From Dehalococcoidia bacterium (GTDB taxonomy: Bacteria > Chloroflexota > Dehalococcoidia > Lucifugimonadales > Lucifugimonadaceae): DNA of 64,000 nt. Numbering within the stretch: position 1 is the stretch's first letter; each line of letters begins with the position of its first letter. Below the pieces are notes generated by a model. That model saw only the letters and a list, made by a program, of their open reading frames with translations, was not told where the DNA came from and did not search any database. Shown here one piece after another: positions 1 to 9,362 of the stretch. A program made the translations under genes and the position numbers. The stretch spans positions 627,740 to 691,739 of the forward strand of contig OZ253938.1 of assembly GCA_965267175.1 (NCBI GenBank), written 5' to 3'.

Positions 1-761
1 GACATTCCGGTCATATATGCCATGTCCAGTGATCGGTCGGATGGAGGCGGGATGTGCGAGAAATCGGTCTCGCCGCCTGCTGAGAGCGGAACCATAGGCC
101 AAGGCCCTTCGTGGCCGGGCGTCAGCTTCGAGTTGGGGTCTATGTCCTCCGGGTGGCTCAACACCGTGCAGTCCGGCACGTAGAGCCTGGTGTCGCCTGA
201 AAGGAACGGCGGACCGACCGCTATGTGCTCAAGCCAGACAGCATCCTGCGGCTCTTCCGCCTCGTTGGTCAGCGTCTCATCCAGCCGCAGCATTGAAGAA
301 CCTGACTCAAGCGTTAGTGTCTTCTCAATTGCGAACGGCGTCCGCACGCTTTTGGCAGCGAACTTCACCGAGACCCGCTCTGGCGTATCTTCGACGATCG
401 TTGCGTCCCACGGGATGGTGTTCACGTCTCCGTGCAGTCCCATCTCGGCACCAGCGACCGTGTCGGGATAGCCGCCGTGCGGAACCGCCGTCTGCCAGCC
501 GCCCTCGTAGAAGTCGAGCCAGACCGAGCCTGGATCACCGGTTGGCGGGACGGACAGAGCCGGGTTTCGGACTCCCCACGGCGTGCGCCACATGAACTCT
601 GTGTCGGTGGGCTTGTGGACAAACGAGTAGATGTCGGCGCCCTTGTCGGCGAGCGCGATGACTCTCACAAGCTCGTTTTCGAGGACGACTGTCTTCAGGC
701 CGCGGAAGCTCCACGCATCCGAAACCCGGCAGCTGCTTGTTCGTTCGTCCTGGTAATGCAT
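1..761 (-). CDS. aldose 1-epimerase-like (DUF4432-type) protein, C-terminus cut by window edge
   Basis: Absent from the ORF track because there is no stop inside the window. Translating the minus strand from ATG (complement of 759-761) gives MHYQDERTSSCRVSDAWSFRGLKTVVLENELVRVIALADKGADIYSFVHKPTDTEFMWRTPW... This is collinear with the complete 362-aa ORF at 42332-43420. Confidence 0.75.
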   Translation of the reverse strand, partial: MHYQDERTSSCRVSDAWSFRGLKTVVLENELVRVIALADKGADIYSFVHKPTDTEFMWRTPWGVRNPALSVPPTGDPGSVWLDFYEGGWQTAVPHGGYPDTVAGAEMGLHGDVNTIPWDATIVEDTPERVSVKFAAKSVRTPFAIEKTLTLESGSSMLRLDETLTNEAEEPQDAVWLEHIAVGPPFLSGDTRLYVPDCTVLSHPEDIDPNSKLTPGHEGPWPMVPLSAGGETDFSHIPPPSDRSLDMAYMTGM

Positions 762-776
762 ATGCCCCGCGCCCGT

Positions 777-1829
777 CTAAGGCTTGATCAGAACCCGGAA
801 CACGTTCTTGTCCGGTTCAAGCATTCGGTTGAAGCCGTCTTCAATGGCACGATCTAGCGTGATCTTCTCTGAGATCAGGTCTTTCACCTTGATCCTGCCC
901 GAGCCGATCATCTCGACCGCCGCAGCCATGTCGCCCGGACCTGCTGCAACAGAGCCGACCACCTTGCGCTCGAACCCGACGATGTTGTTGAAGTTCATCT
1001 GGGGCGTGGCCGAGTAGATACCGACGAGAACAGTGGTCCCACCTCGCCTTGTCCAGTCGATGGCGTCGACTGGCGTCTGAGCAGCGCCAGCCGTCTCTGC
1101 GACGATGTCTGGGCCGATACCGTCCGTGAGTTCGAGCAGTTCGTCTGCAGCGCGGCCTGAGGAGGCGTTAACGGTATGGTCTGCGCCCAGTGATTTCGCT
1201 GTGGCCAGGCTTTGCTCTCGTATATCTACCGCTATGACCCGGGCTCCGGTCGCACGGAACGCCTGAGTCGTGAGCAGACCGACGGTGCCCGCTCCGACCA
1301 CCGCCACCGTGTCGCCCGCTTTGACCCCTGAGTTTCGAACTGCACGCACGGCAACGGTCGATGGCTCCACAAGTGCCGCCTCTTCGTCGGAGACCGTGTC
1401 CGGCAGCTTCACGACCTTGTCCGACGGCCAGACGAGAAACTCGGCTAGCCCGCCATCCGCAGATAGACCGGCGACGGCCATGCTGGGGCAGACCGCCTGC
1501 TCGCCTCGCTGGCACCAGAAGCAGGTGCCGCAGGTGAGGACATTGTTGATGGCGACCCGTTCGCCCGGGCGGACATCGGTGACTCCGCTGCCGACGCTTT
1601 CGATATGACCCGTGACCTCGTGGCCGAGGGTTAAAGGCGCCTCCCGACCGGTCAGCGGGTTTGGGCCGCCGTGCTGCACCCAGAGCGGGCCGTGCTGCCA
1701 TTCTTCGATGTCGGTGGCGCAGATGCCGGTGTGCGTGACCCTGACGCGGACCTCGCCGTCAGCGGGTTGGGGCGCCGGGATGTCTTCGAGTCTGATGTCC
1801 TTGTTGCCGTGGTATCTGAGCGCTTGCAT
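777..1829 (-). CDS. Zn-dependent medium-chain alcohol/polyol dehydrogenase (butanediol/sorbitol DH-like)
   Basis: 350-aa ORF with catalytic-Zn motif LTLGHEVTGHIESVG, structural-Zn Cys cluster CGTCFWCQRGEQAVC and Rossmann motif VVGAGTVGLL. Confidence 0.85.
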   Translation of the reverse strand: MQALRYHGNKDIRLEDIPAPQPADGEVRVRVTHTGICATDIEEWQHGPLWVQHGGPNPLTGREAPLTLGHEVTGHIESVGSGVTDVRPGERVAINNVLTCGTCFWCQRGEQAVCPSMAVAGLSADGGLAEFLVWPSDKVVKLPDTVSDEEAALVEPSTVAVRAVRNSGVKAGDTVAVVGAGTVGLLTTQAFRATGARVIAVDIREQSLATAKSLGADHTVNASSGRAADELLELTDGIGPDIVAETAGAAQTPVDAIDWTRRGGTTVLVGIYSATPQMNFNNIVGFERKVVGSVAAGPGDMAAAVEMIGSGRIKVKDLISEKITLDRAIEDGFNRMLEPDKNVFRVLIKP

Positions 1830-1883
1830 CTTTTCTCAGGGTTAACGTCGGTGGTACTGGTTGCAGTTGGCTATTGGGTACCC

Positions 1884-2831
1884 CTACCCGCTAACCCGCT
1901 TCCACTTACGAAGTGACGGAACCTCTCTTGGCGGGTCCAGCTGGGAGCCGTATGCGGTGTACGAGACCTCGGCGATATAGACCGAGCCCTCGGAGTCGAC
2001 CGCCATCCCGTGCGGCGCCAGGAACTGGTCGACGCCCTCGCCGCCAAGTTCGTTGCCGAAGCGGCCGACCTCTTTGAGCTCACGGTCGTAGATCACGACG
2101 TCGAGACCGAGTCTCTTCACCCCGGCCTGCACTGCCGGAGCAGACGCTTCAGCAACGTAGATGTTGGCGTCAGCGTGTCGGCCCGCGTAGACCGCTATCG
2201 GCCTATGCGAGATCATCTGCTGCACGAACTCGCCTTCCAGCGTGAAGATCTGCAGCCGGAAGTTCTCCCGGTCACACACCATCACATGGCTGTTTCCAAG
2301 CATGGTGATGTTGTGAGGCAGGCTGAACTGGCCAGGTCGTGACCCCGGCTCGCCCCACGAAAGGTTGTGCTTGCCGTCCTTGTCGAAGCGGTGGACTCGC
2401 GAGTTTCCGTAGCCATCGGAAACGAAGATGTCCCCGCTGACCGGGTGAATCGCGACGTCTGTCGGACGGTTGAATGGCTCGCCCTGCTGCCACTCCGCAG
2501 CCTTACCTCGTTCGCCGATCCGCATGATCAGCTCGCCGTCCCGTGTGCGTTTTTCGACCATGTGAGCGAGGTCGTCGATCAGGTACAGGTTGTCTTCCTG
2601 GTCAGTGCGAATACCGTGCGGACGCTCGAACTCGCCAGCACCCCAGTGCCGCAGGAAGTTGCCATCACGGTCGAAGACCATGACCGGCCAGTTTCCCCGG
2701 TTGAACACATAGACGTTGTCTTCCGAGTCGACCGCGACAGATGTCGCCTCCTTGAAGTTCATCGGGTGCGGCAGTTTCGCCCACCCGAACTCAGGCTCAA
2801 ACTTCGTGGCTTCCGTTACTGGTCCTGGCAT
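1884..2831 (-). CDS. NHL beta-propeller protein, peptidyl-alpha-hydroxyglycine alpha-amidating lyase (PAL)-like
   Basis: 315 aa. Motifs RPHGIRTD, FVSDGYGNSRVHRF, SLPHNITM, VCDRENFRLQIF and APHGMAVD match my recollection of the PAL catalytic core. No signal peptide. Confidence 0.8.
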   Translation of the reverse strand: MPGPVTEATKFEPEFGWAKLPHPMNFKEATSVAVDSEDNVYVFNRGNWPVMVFDRDGNFLRHWGAGEFERPHGIRTDQEDNLYLIDDLAHMVEKRTRDGELIMRIGERGKAAEWQQGEPFNRPTDVAIHPVSGDIFVSDGYGNSRVHRFDKDGKHNLSWGEPGSRPGQFSLPHNITMLGNSHVMVCDRENFRLQIFTLEGEFVQQMISHRPIAVYAGRHADANIYVAEASAPAVQAGVKRLGLDVVIYDRELKEVGRFGNELGGEGVDQFLAPHGMAVDSEGSVYIAEVSYTAYGSQLDPPREVPSLRKWKRVSG

Positions 2832-2896
2832 TTTCTATATCTCCTGGAGGTGGGCCCGCTATTTGACGGGCTAGGGACGGGCGTCATTGAAATGGC

Positions 2897-3871
2897 TTAA
2901 TCGCTGACTCTCCGCCACTTGCGCAGGCTCACGATCTCGCCCAGTGGCGGGCTATCGAGCCCGCAGTTGTCGGGCCGCGAGTAGTAGTTGGTGTAGGCGA
3001 CTTCTGCTGCATACATGCTGCCCTGCGAGTCGGTTGCAACACCGTGCGGGGCAGTGAACTGGTCGGGTCCCTGGCCCGGCAGCGGCGCACCAAGGTGCTG
3101 TAGGAAAGTTCCTTCAGCACTCAGTACCGCAACCCTTGCGCCCAGGTTCGGCACGCCTCTCTGCACGGACGGCGGAATCATCTCACCGACGTAGAGGCTG
3201 GTGTCGCCGTTCTTACCGTTCGTGATCGACATCGGGTGGTGGATATGCCACTGCGTGACGAACTTTCCTTCGAGGTTGAACACCTGCAAGCGGAAGTTTT
3301 CACGGTCGCAGACCACTACGTGCTCAGTCCCGAGCATCGTGATGTTGTGCGGCAGACTGAACTGTCCGGGTCTTGTGCCGGACTCACCCCACGACAGCAG
3401 GTGTTTTCCATCCTTGTCGAAGCGGTGCACGCGGGAGTTGCCGTAACCGTCAGAAACGAACAGGTCGCCGGTCTCAGGGTGAATCGCAATGTCGGTGGGA
3501 CGGTTGAACATCCCTCCACCCTGCCATTCGGCCGCCTTGCCCGGTGTGCCAAGCGTGAAGATCACCTTGCCATCATTCGTGCGCTTCTGCACGAAGTGGC
3601 CATCATCATCAACGAGATAGAGGTTGTCTTCGGCGTCGATCTCGATGCCGTGTGGCCGGGTGAACTCGCCGTAGCCCATACCTCGGATGAAGTTGCCGTC
3701 GGTATCGAAGACGGCGATCGGGTCTGTGCCACGGTTGAAGATGTAGACGTTGTCCTTCGCATCGACCGCCACAGAGGTTGCGTCTCCGTAGAAGCTGATG
3801 CCCATCGGGAGCTTGGCCCAGTGTGGGACCGGTTCGAACTTCGTTTCTGTGGTTGCGGGCGTGAGGGCCAT
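2897..3871 (-). CDS. NHL beta-propeller protein, PAL-like (tandem paralogue)
   Basis: The ORF track gives 2897-3970. The internal Met at 3871 (MALTPATTETKFEPVPHW) aligns with the paralogue N-terminus (MPGPVTEATKFEPEFGW) and removes the overlap with the aldolase gene. It carries the same RPHGI / SDGYGNSR / LPHNI / CDRENFR / APHG motifs. Confidence 0.8.
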   Translation of the reverse strand: MALTPATTETKFEPVPHWAKLPMGISFYGDATSVAVDAKDNVYIFNRGTDPIAVFDTDGNFIRGMGYGEFTRPHGIEIDAEDNLYLVDDDGHFVQKRTNDGKVIFTLGTPGKAAEWQGGGMFNRPTDIAIHPETGDLFVSDGYGNSRVHRFDKDGKHLLSWGESGTRPGQFSLPHNITMLGTEHVVVCDRENFRLQVFNLEGKFVTQWHIHHPMSITNGKNGDTSLYVGEMIPPSVQRGVPNLGARVAVLSAEGTFLQHLGAPLPGQGPDQFTAPHGVATDSQGSMYAAEVAYTNYYSRPDNCGLDSPPLGEIVSLRKWRRVSD

Positions 3872-3918
3872 TTCGTAGCGTTTTCCTGGTTTGATGTTGG
3901 GTTTGGCATAAAATCGGT

Positions 3919-4641
3919 CTAACCGGACTTCGCGGACTCCAGCCATTCCTTGAGCTTCGACGGCATCCACTGCACGAGGTTGACGCTCGACTCCACATCC
4001 CCCGCCATCAACCGCCCTGCCGCTCTCACCTTCGATACAACATGGTCCATGGCCTCGACGACCTCCGCGTGCTCGGGATGGCCGTGGTGGCCGAGCGACT
4101 GGGCAAGGTCTTGAGGACCGAAGGTGATGAGATCGATGCCATCGACCTTGAGGATGTCGTCGATGGTGTCGACCGCGTGCTTTGTCTCGATCTGAATGGC
4201 CACGGTGACCTGTTCGTTGAACTCGGCCATGTATTGAGAGGGTGACTTGCCAGTCAGTCCGTAGTCACGGCCGCGAGAGGTGCCGAAACTGCGTTCACCC
4301 TCGGGACCAAAGCGAGATGCCTGCGCGATGCGCGCCGCCTGTTCGGCGTTGTCTACATGCGGACAGAGGATGCCCATCAGCCCGCGGTCGAAGGCTCGCA
4401 AGATGGTGTCGGTCTCGGTGTTCGGGATGCGGGCCGTGCATGTGAGGCCGTGCATGTCGGCGACCCGACACATCATCTCGGCAGACTCCCAGTCGAAGAC
4501 GCCGTGTTCCATATCGAGGTGGAGGTAGTCGAAGCCAAGGTATCCGGCCCAGTCGGCGAGCGTCGGTTCCGGGAAGGTGAGGCCGAGTCCGTAGGCCTTT
4601 GTGCCGGAGTTGATTGCCGCCCTGATTTTGCTGTTTCGCAT
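3919..4641 (-). CDS. HpcH/HpaI-family (class II, pyruvate-specific) aldolase
   Basis: The ORF track gives 3919-4872. Family similarity begins at the internal Met at 4641 (MRNSKIRAAINSGTKAYGLGLTFPEP...FDYLHLDMEHG...ARIPN...ILCPHVDNAEQA). The upstream 77 codons look non-coding (Arg/Ser/Cys-rich). Confidence 0.8.
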   Translation of the reverse strand: MRNSKIRAAINSGTKAYGLGLTFPEPTLADWAGYLGFDYLHLDMEHGVFDWESAEMMCRVADMHGLTCTARIPNTETDTILRAFDRGLMGILCPHVDNAEQAARIAQASRFGPEGERSFGTSRGRDYGLTGKSPSQYMAEFNEQVTVAIQIETKHAVDTIDDILKVDGIDLITFGPQDLAQSLGHHGHPEHAEVVEAMDHVVSKVRAAGRLMAGDVESSVNLVQWMPSKLKEWLESAKSG

Positions 4642-4888
4642 TGTGGTTCCGTGGCTGAAGAGATTTCTTGAGCGCCCGAACGTCTCGGCCCGCCCGCTTG
4701 AACGGGACTGTGCAGGCAGCGGGAGTATACATTCGAAGGTGAGGACGGTGAGGGGCAGGAAACGCTCATCGCCACCCGACGGCATGGCTTCGGCGTACCA
4801 TTGCCAGACGCAGTGACCGGTCACCGGTCCAACCCTCGTTCGACCGACTACGGAGAACAGATGAAAGCTCAACAGGCGCGCCTTCCAG

Positions 4889-6208
4889 ATGACTGAGCAG
4901 ACTGACCAGTCGGAACATAGAAGGGGCGGCCTGTTTCGCGGCTACTACGTCGCGATAGTGGTGTTCCTGTCGACAGGACTCTCCATCGGCATGGCTCAGT
5001 ACTCATTCGGCGAGTTCGCCGGCCCTCTGCAGGAGGAGTTTGGCTGGTCGCAGACTGAGATCAACCTGTCGCTGACCTTCGCCTTCGTGTCTGGCCTGCT
5101 TGCACCGTTCATCGGAAGGCTTTCCGATCGCTACGGCACCCGGCCGGTGATGTTCTTCTCGCTGCTTTCGATCGCACTTGGCTTCGTGCTCCGTCCGTTC
5201 ATATCCGAGCTCTGGCACTGGTACCTGTTCAGCATGCTGGTCTATGCGGGATTCCCGGGCGCAACCGTGCTGCCGAGCGGGAAGATGGTTGGGATCTGGT
5301 TTCCCGAGACCCGCGGTCGTGTGATGGGCGCGGTTACGGCAGGCAACAACTTCGGTGGCGTCACGATGCCTGCGCTGGCAGCGACGATCATCGCTTTCGC
5401 GTCGTGGGAGTGGGCTTACGTCAGTTACGCAGCGATTATGGTGGCGCTTGCACTGGTCGCCCTGGTCGTGCTGCAGGAATCGCCAGAGGATGTCGAGAAG
5501 GAGCGCATCCGCACGGGCCGCGGCCCATTGCCTGGCGGTGGAAAAGGCGCTCTTGCCGGGATCAATCTGAAACAGGCCCTGCGGACCAACTCTTTCTGGC
5601 TAGTGCTGATCGGATTGACCGCGGCGATGTTCACATACCAGGGAGTGTTGACCCAGTTGAGGCAGCACTTCGGCGAGAACGGGTTCGAACCGGCGCTTGC
5701 AACCTCTGCTGTGACGATCATTGCCGCGATGGGCATCGGCTCGAAGCTGGCATTTGGCCGGGCATCGGAGAGGTTCTCTGCAAGAAAAGCGACGGCAGTC
5801 AGCACGGCGCTTCAGGCGGCCGGTGTGGCGCTGATGATCATCCCGGGCAACGCCTTTGTGCTCTGGCTTGGGATCTTCGTTTATGGACTCGGCTTCGGAG
5901 GACTTGGCGCGTTGATCGTGCTCGTGGTGCAGGAAACGTTCGGCCTGCGGGAGTTCGGGTCGATCATGGGCATATTCCAGATGGCCTCCATCATCTCGAT
6001 CTCAGGCGGTCCCCTGCTGGCCGGAAGCATCCATGACGCCAACGGCAGTTACGACCTGGCATTCGGCGTCATCATCGGGATCTTCTTGCTGGGTGTCGTC
6101 ACCCTGTTCATCGCAAAGCAGCCGGACTGGGGCCAGCAGGCCGACGATGGGGCACCGACCGGACCCGACCGCACTACCACCAGCCCCGAAGCCGCCGGTG
6201 CAGACTGA
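4889..6208 (+). CDS. MFS transporter
   Basis: 439 aa with about 12 hydrophobic helices and the MFS loop motif GRLSDRYGTRP after TM2. Divergent from the aldolase gene. Confidence 0.85.
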   Translation: MTEQTDQSEHRRGGLFRGYYVAIVVFLSTGLSIGMAQYSFGEFAGPLQEEFGWSQTEINLSLTFAFVSGLLAPFIGRLSDRYGTRPVMFFSLLSIALGFVLRPFISELWHWYLFSMLVYAGFPGATVLPSGKMVGIWFPETRGRVMGAVTAGNNFGGVTMPALAATIIAFASWEWAYVSYAAIMVALALVALVVLQESPEDVEKERIRTGRGPLPGGGKGALAGINLKQALRTNSFWLVLIGLTAAMFTYQGVLTQLRQHFGENGFEPALATSAVTIIAAMGIGSKLAFGRASERFSARKATAVSTALQAAGVALMIIPGNAFVLWLGIFVYGLGFGGLGALIVLVVQETFGLREFGSIMGIFQMASIISISGGPLLAGSIHDANGSYDLAFGVIIGIFLLGVVTLFIAKQPDWGQQADDGAPTGPDRTTTSPEAAGAD

Positions 6209-6247
6209 CCTCAGGCCACGCGCCGAAACGGAGGTATGTGAAGAACA

Positions 6248-7765
6248 ATGAGAATCGCGACGCTTGGCATCCACCATGAGACGAACACCTTCGCTTCGAA
6301 TCCCACGACGCTGGAGGTTTTCCAGAAGTCAGGGCTCCAGACCTACGGCGTCCAGCGCGGCAGCGAGTACATCGAGATGCAGCGAAATGCTCAGACGTCC
6401 CTCGCAGGGTTTCTACAGGCCGCCGATGAACTCGATTTCGAACTGGTGCCGCTCATCTTCGCTGCCACTGACCCCGCCGGAACGATCACCTCCGAGGCGT
6501 TTGAGTCACTTGCGAGCGAGGCGCTACAGATGCTTCGTGAGCAGGGACCTTTCGATGGCGTGCTGCTGAACCAGATGGGCGCCGCGGTCTCTGAGCAGTA
6601 CCCGGATACGGACGGCGAGCTGGCGAGAAGGGTGCGGGAAGTTGTCGGCCCGGACGTGCCGGTGGCGATGACGCTTGACCTGCACGCCAACATCTCACGG
6701 CAGATGGCCGAGCAGACCGATGCACTGGTCGTCTACCGGACGAATCCGCATGTCGATGCAGTGCCGAGGGCGATCGAAGCGGCGCGCCTCGTGCAAGAAA
6801 TGGCATCGTCCGGGCAGAAACCTCACAAGTGGCTTGAGCAGCCGCCGATGGTGATCGGGATTTTCCAGCACGACACCCGTGAGCAGCCGATGAAGGCGAT
6901 CATCGATGACCTTGAGTCGGTGCTGGCGCAGGACGGCGTTGTCAGCGCCTCGATCGGCCAGGGTTATCCGTGGGCTGACGTCCACGAAAACGGGCTGGCG
7001 GTCTATGTCTTGCACCGGGATTCTGTCGAGGCGGCTCGTGATGCGGCTGCCTGGATTGCCGAACGGGCCTGGAACCACCGGCATGAGTTGAATGTGCCGA
7101 AGGGACTGGGTCCGGCAGAAGCGGTGGAAGAGGCACTGGCGACGCCGGCAAGTGACGGCCCTGTTGTGCTACTGGATGTCGGTGACAACATCGGAGCCGG
7201 CAGCTCTGGCGACAGCACCTTCCTGCTTGCCGAGGCGATGAAGCGCGGCGTCCCATTCTGGTTGCAGACGATTCGTGATCCGGAAGCCGCCGCAACCTGC
7301 CATGAAGCGGGAGTCGGCGCGCAGGTCGAGCTTGAGGTTGGTGGAAAGTCCGACTCACTGCACGGCAAGCCCGTGAAAATCAGCGGTACGGTAGCGAAGC
7401 TTTCTGACGGGCGCTTCGAGGACTCAGGGACGGTCCATGCGGGCTGGCGTTACTTCGACGGGGGTCCAACGGCAGCGGTAGAGACAGACGCGGGACCGAC
7501 GGTGGTGCTTGTGTCCACACGCGTCGGCAACATGAGCCGCGAGCAGTTCTACTCACTCGGCTACAGGCCGGAAGAGTTCAACGTCGTAGTGGCAAAGGGT
7601 GTCGTCTCGCCAAGACCCGCGTATCAGCCGATCGCACGCCGGATGATCTCTGTCAACTCGCCCGGCGCAACAAGCGGCGACATGAGCCACTTCGAGTACA
7701 GCAACATCAGGCGCCCTATCTTTCCGCTTGATCCAGCAGCGCGCTATACACCCGGCAGGCCTTAA
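6248..7765 (+). CDS. M81-family metallopeptidase (MlrC-like)
   Basis: 505 aa. The N-terminus MRIATLGIHHETNTF and the overall length and architecture are typical of MlrC/DUF1485 proteins. GGAGG lies upstream of the ATG. Confidence 0.8.
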   Translation: MRIATLGIHHETNTFASNPTTLEVFQKSGLQTYGVQRGSEYIEMQRNAQTSLAGFLQAADELDFELVPLIFAATDPAGTITSEAFESLASEALQMLREQGPFDGVLLNQMGAAVSEQYPDTDGELARRVREVVGPDVPVAMTLDLHANISRQMAEQTDALVVYRTNPHVDAVPRAIEAARLVQEMASSGQKPHKWLEQPPMVIGIFQHDTREQPMKAIIDDLESVLAQDGVVSASIGQGYPWADVHENGLAVYVLHRDSVEAARDAAAWIAERAWNHRHELNVPKGLGPAEAVEEALATPASDGPVVLLDVGDNIGAGSSGDSTFLLAEAMKRGVPFWLQTIRDPEAAATCHEAGVGAQVELEVGGKSDSLHGKPVKISGTVAKLSDGRFEDSGTVHAGWRYFDGGPTAAVETDAGPTVVLVSTRVGNMSREQFYSLGYRPEEFNVVVAKGVVSPRPAYQPIARRMISVNSPGATSGDMSHFEYSNIRRPIFPLDPAARYTPGRP

Positions 7766-9285
7766 CGCTCGTCCGCTATCAGCTCGGCCAGCCGTTCACC
7801 GATCATCATCGCCGTGACGTTCGTATTCGCACGAATGCAGTCCGGCATGATTGAGCAGTCGGCCACCCGCAGGCCGTCGATCCCGTGCACTCGCAGTCGT
7901 TGATCCACGACCGCCTGCGAGTCCGTGACAGGCCCCATCTTGCAGGTGCCCGAGATGTGGTGCATCGTCGAGACGGTCCTGTACATCCACTCTTCGGTTG
8001 CGTCCTGCGACTCCAGAATGTCGTCTGTCGGGTCGACTCGCTCTCCGAGGATGCCCTTGAACGACTCGTGGGATGCGATCTCGATGCTCAGTTTCACGCC
8101 ATAGCTCATGCGATCTCTGTCAGACTGCTCGGACAGGTGGCGGTAGTCCATTACCGGATAGTCAGCTGGATCCGCAGACTTCAAGTGCAGCTCCCCGGCG
8201 GCCTTCGCGAGGAAGAGTCCTGTGGAGATGACAAGTGCGCGATCGGCCGACCGCCAGCGCATCACCATGATCATGTCGTTGCGAAGCTCTGAGCCATCAG
8301 CCGTGTATCGCAGCGCCACCTTCTGCTGGCCGAATGTTGAGTCGGGCATCTCATATTCGGGCGCGGCGTTCCAGCGGACATGAACGCTCGGGTGGTCTCG
8401 CAAGTTTTTGCCGACACCGGGGAGGTCCGCGACGACGGGGATATCGAAGTGGGCGAGGTGACTTGCCGGACCGATGCCGGAGAGCATCAGGAGTTGTGGG
8501 GACTGCACAGGTCCTGCGCTGAGGATAGTCTCACCACCGTGAACGCGGAATACCTCGTCGCCCGATTCAACCTCCACGCCGGTGACGCGATCGCCATCGA
8601 AAAGCAATCTTCGGACATGCGCGTTCGTGCGGATGGTCAGGTTCAGTCTGTGGCGCGCCGGACCGATGTAGCCGAGGTTGGTGCTCCAGCGGATGCCGCC
8701 GGGGTTGTTGAGAGGCAGCGGACCGACCCCGGTCGACTCCGGGTGGTTGTGGTCTTCGCACTCGGGGAATCCGGCCGCCTTGCATGCGGAGATAAACGCC
8801 AGCTGGTCGGCCATCATCTCGTCCGGCTTAGCGCGCTGGGCGATGATCGGCCCATCTTTGCCATGGAAGTCGCCGCCGACGTCAACATCGGTCTCAAGTT
8901 TCCGCATAGCAGGCAGAACGTTTTCGAAGCTCCACAGGTCGTTGCCTTCCGCGGCCCAGTCGTCGAAGTCCTCGGGGATACCGCGCAGGAAGACCTGGCC
9001 GTTTATCGAGCTTGTGCCGCCGATGACACGGCCGCGCGGCACGGGCATGGATTCGTTGAGCGGGTTGGAACGAGCGGTGAACTGCCAGTCATGCGCGCCT
9101 CCGACAACAAGATCGGCGCCGGTTGCGAGTCCTTCACGCAGGTCGTCAGGGAGAGATTCGACGGTCGGATAGTCGGGGCCGGCTTCGAGCAGCAGCACGG
9201 AGACTGAAGGATCTTCAGACAGCCGCGCCGCAAGCGCGCCGCCTGCCGAACCGCTGCCAACGACTATGTAGTCATATGTGGCCAT
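7762..9285 (-). CDS. GMC-family FAD oxidoreductase (choline dehydrogenase-like)
   Basis: N-terminal YDYIVVGSGSAGGALAARLSE, GMC signature GGTSSINGQVFLRG and C-terminal HISGTCKMG. Start placed at the Met preceded by a GGAG SD (ORF track start 9324). Confidence 0.9.
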   Translation of the reverse strand: MATYDYIVVGSGSAGGALAARLSEDPSVSVLLLEAGPDYPTVESLPDDLREGLATGADLVVGGAHDWQFTARSNPLNESMPVPRGRVIGGTSSINGQVFLRGIPEDFDDWAAEGNDLWSFENVLPAMRKLETDVDVGGDFHGKDGPIIAQRAKPDEMMADQLAFISACKAAGFPECEDHNHPESTGVGPLPLNNPGGIRWSTNLGYIGPARHRLNLTIRTNAHVRRLLFDGDRVTGVEVESGDEVFRVHGGETILSAGPVQSPQLLMLSGIGPASHLAHFDIPVVADLPGVGKNLRDHPSVHVRWNAAPEYEMPDSTFGQQKVALRYTADGSELRNDMIMVMRWRSADRALVISTGLFLAKAAGELHLKSADPADYPVMDYRHLSEQSDRDRMSYGVKLSIEIASHESFKGILGERVDPTDDILESQDATEEWMYRTVSTMHHISGTCKMGPVTDSQAVVDQRLRVHGIDGLRVADCSIMPDCIRANTNVTAMMIGERLAELIADER

Positions 9286-9320
9286 GCTTGACTCCGTGCT
9301 GGTGAGTGACCGCTGAAGTG

Positions 9321-9346
9321 CCACCCTTCGACGGGCTGAGGATGGC
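9321..9346 (-). repeat. 26-nt REP-like hairpin element, copy A (GCCATCCTCAGCCCGTCGAAGGGTGG on minus strand)
   Basis: Near-identical to the copies at 38897-38922 and 41456-41481. Arms GCCATCC/GGGTGGC can pair. Intergenic position. Confidence 0.8.
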
Positions 9347-9362
9347 CGTCCGGCCCGGTGGC

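Noticed and set aside
4642-4872. 77-codon N-terminal extension of the aldolase ORF
   Set aside because: There is no family similarity before the internal Met. The extension would consume the divergent promoter region shared with the MFS gene.
8380-9207. 275-aa plus-strand ORF
   Set aside because: It is antisense to the GMC oxidoreductase and has no motifs.
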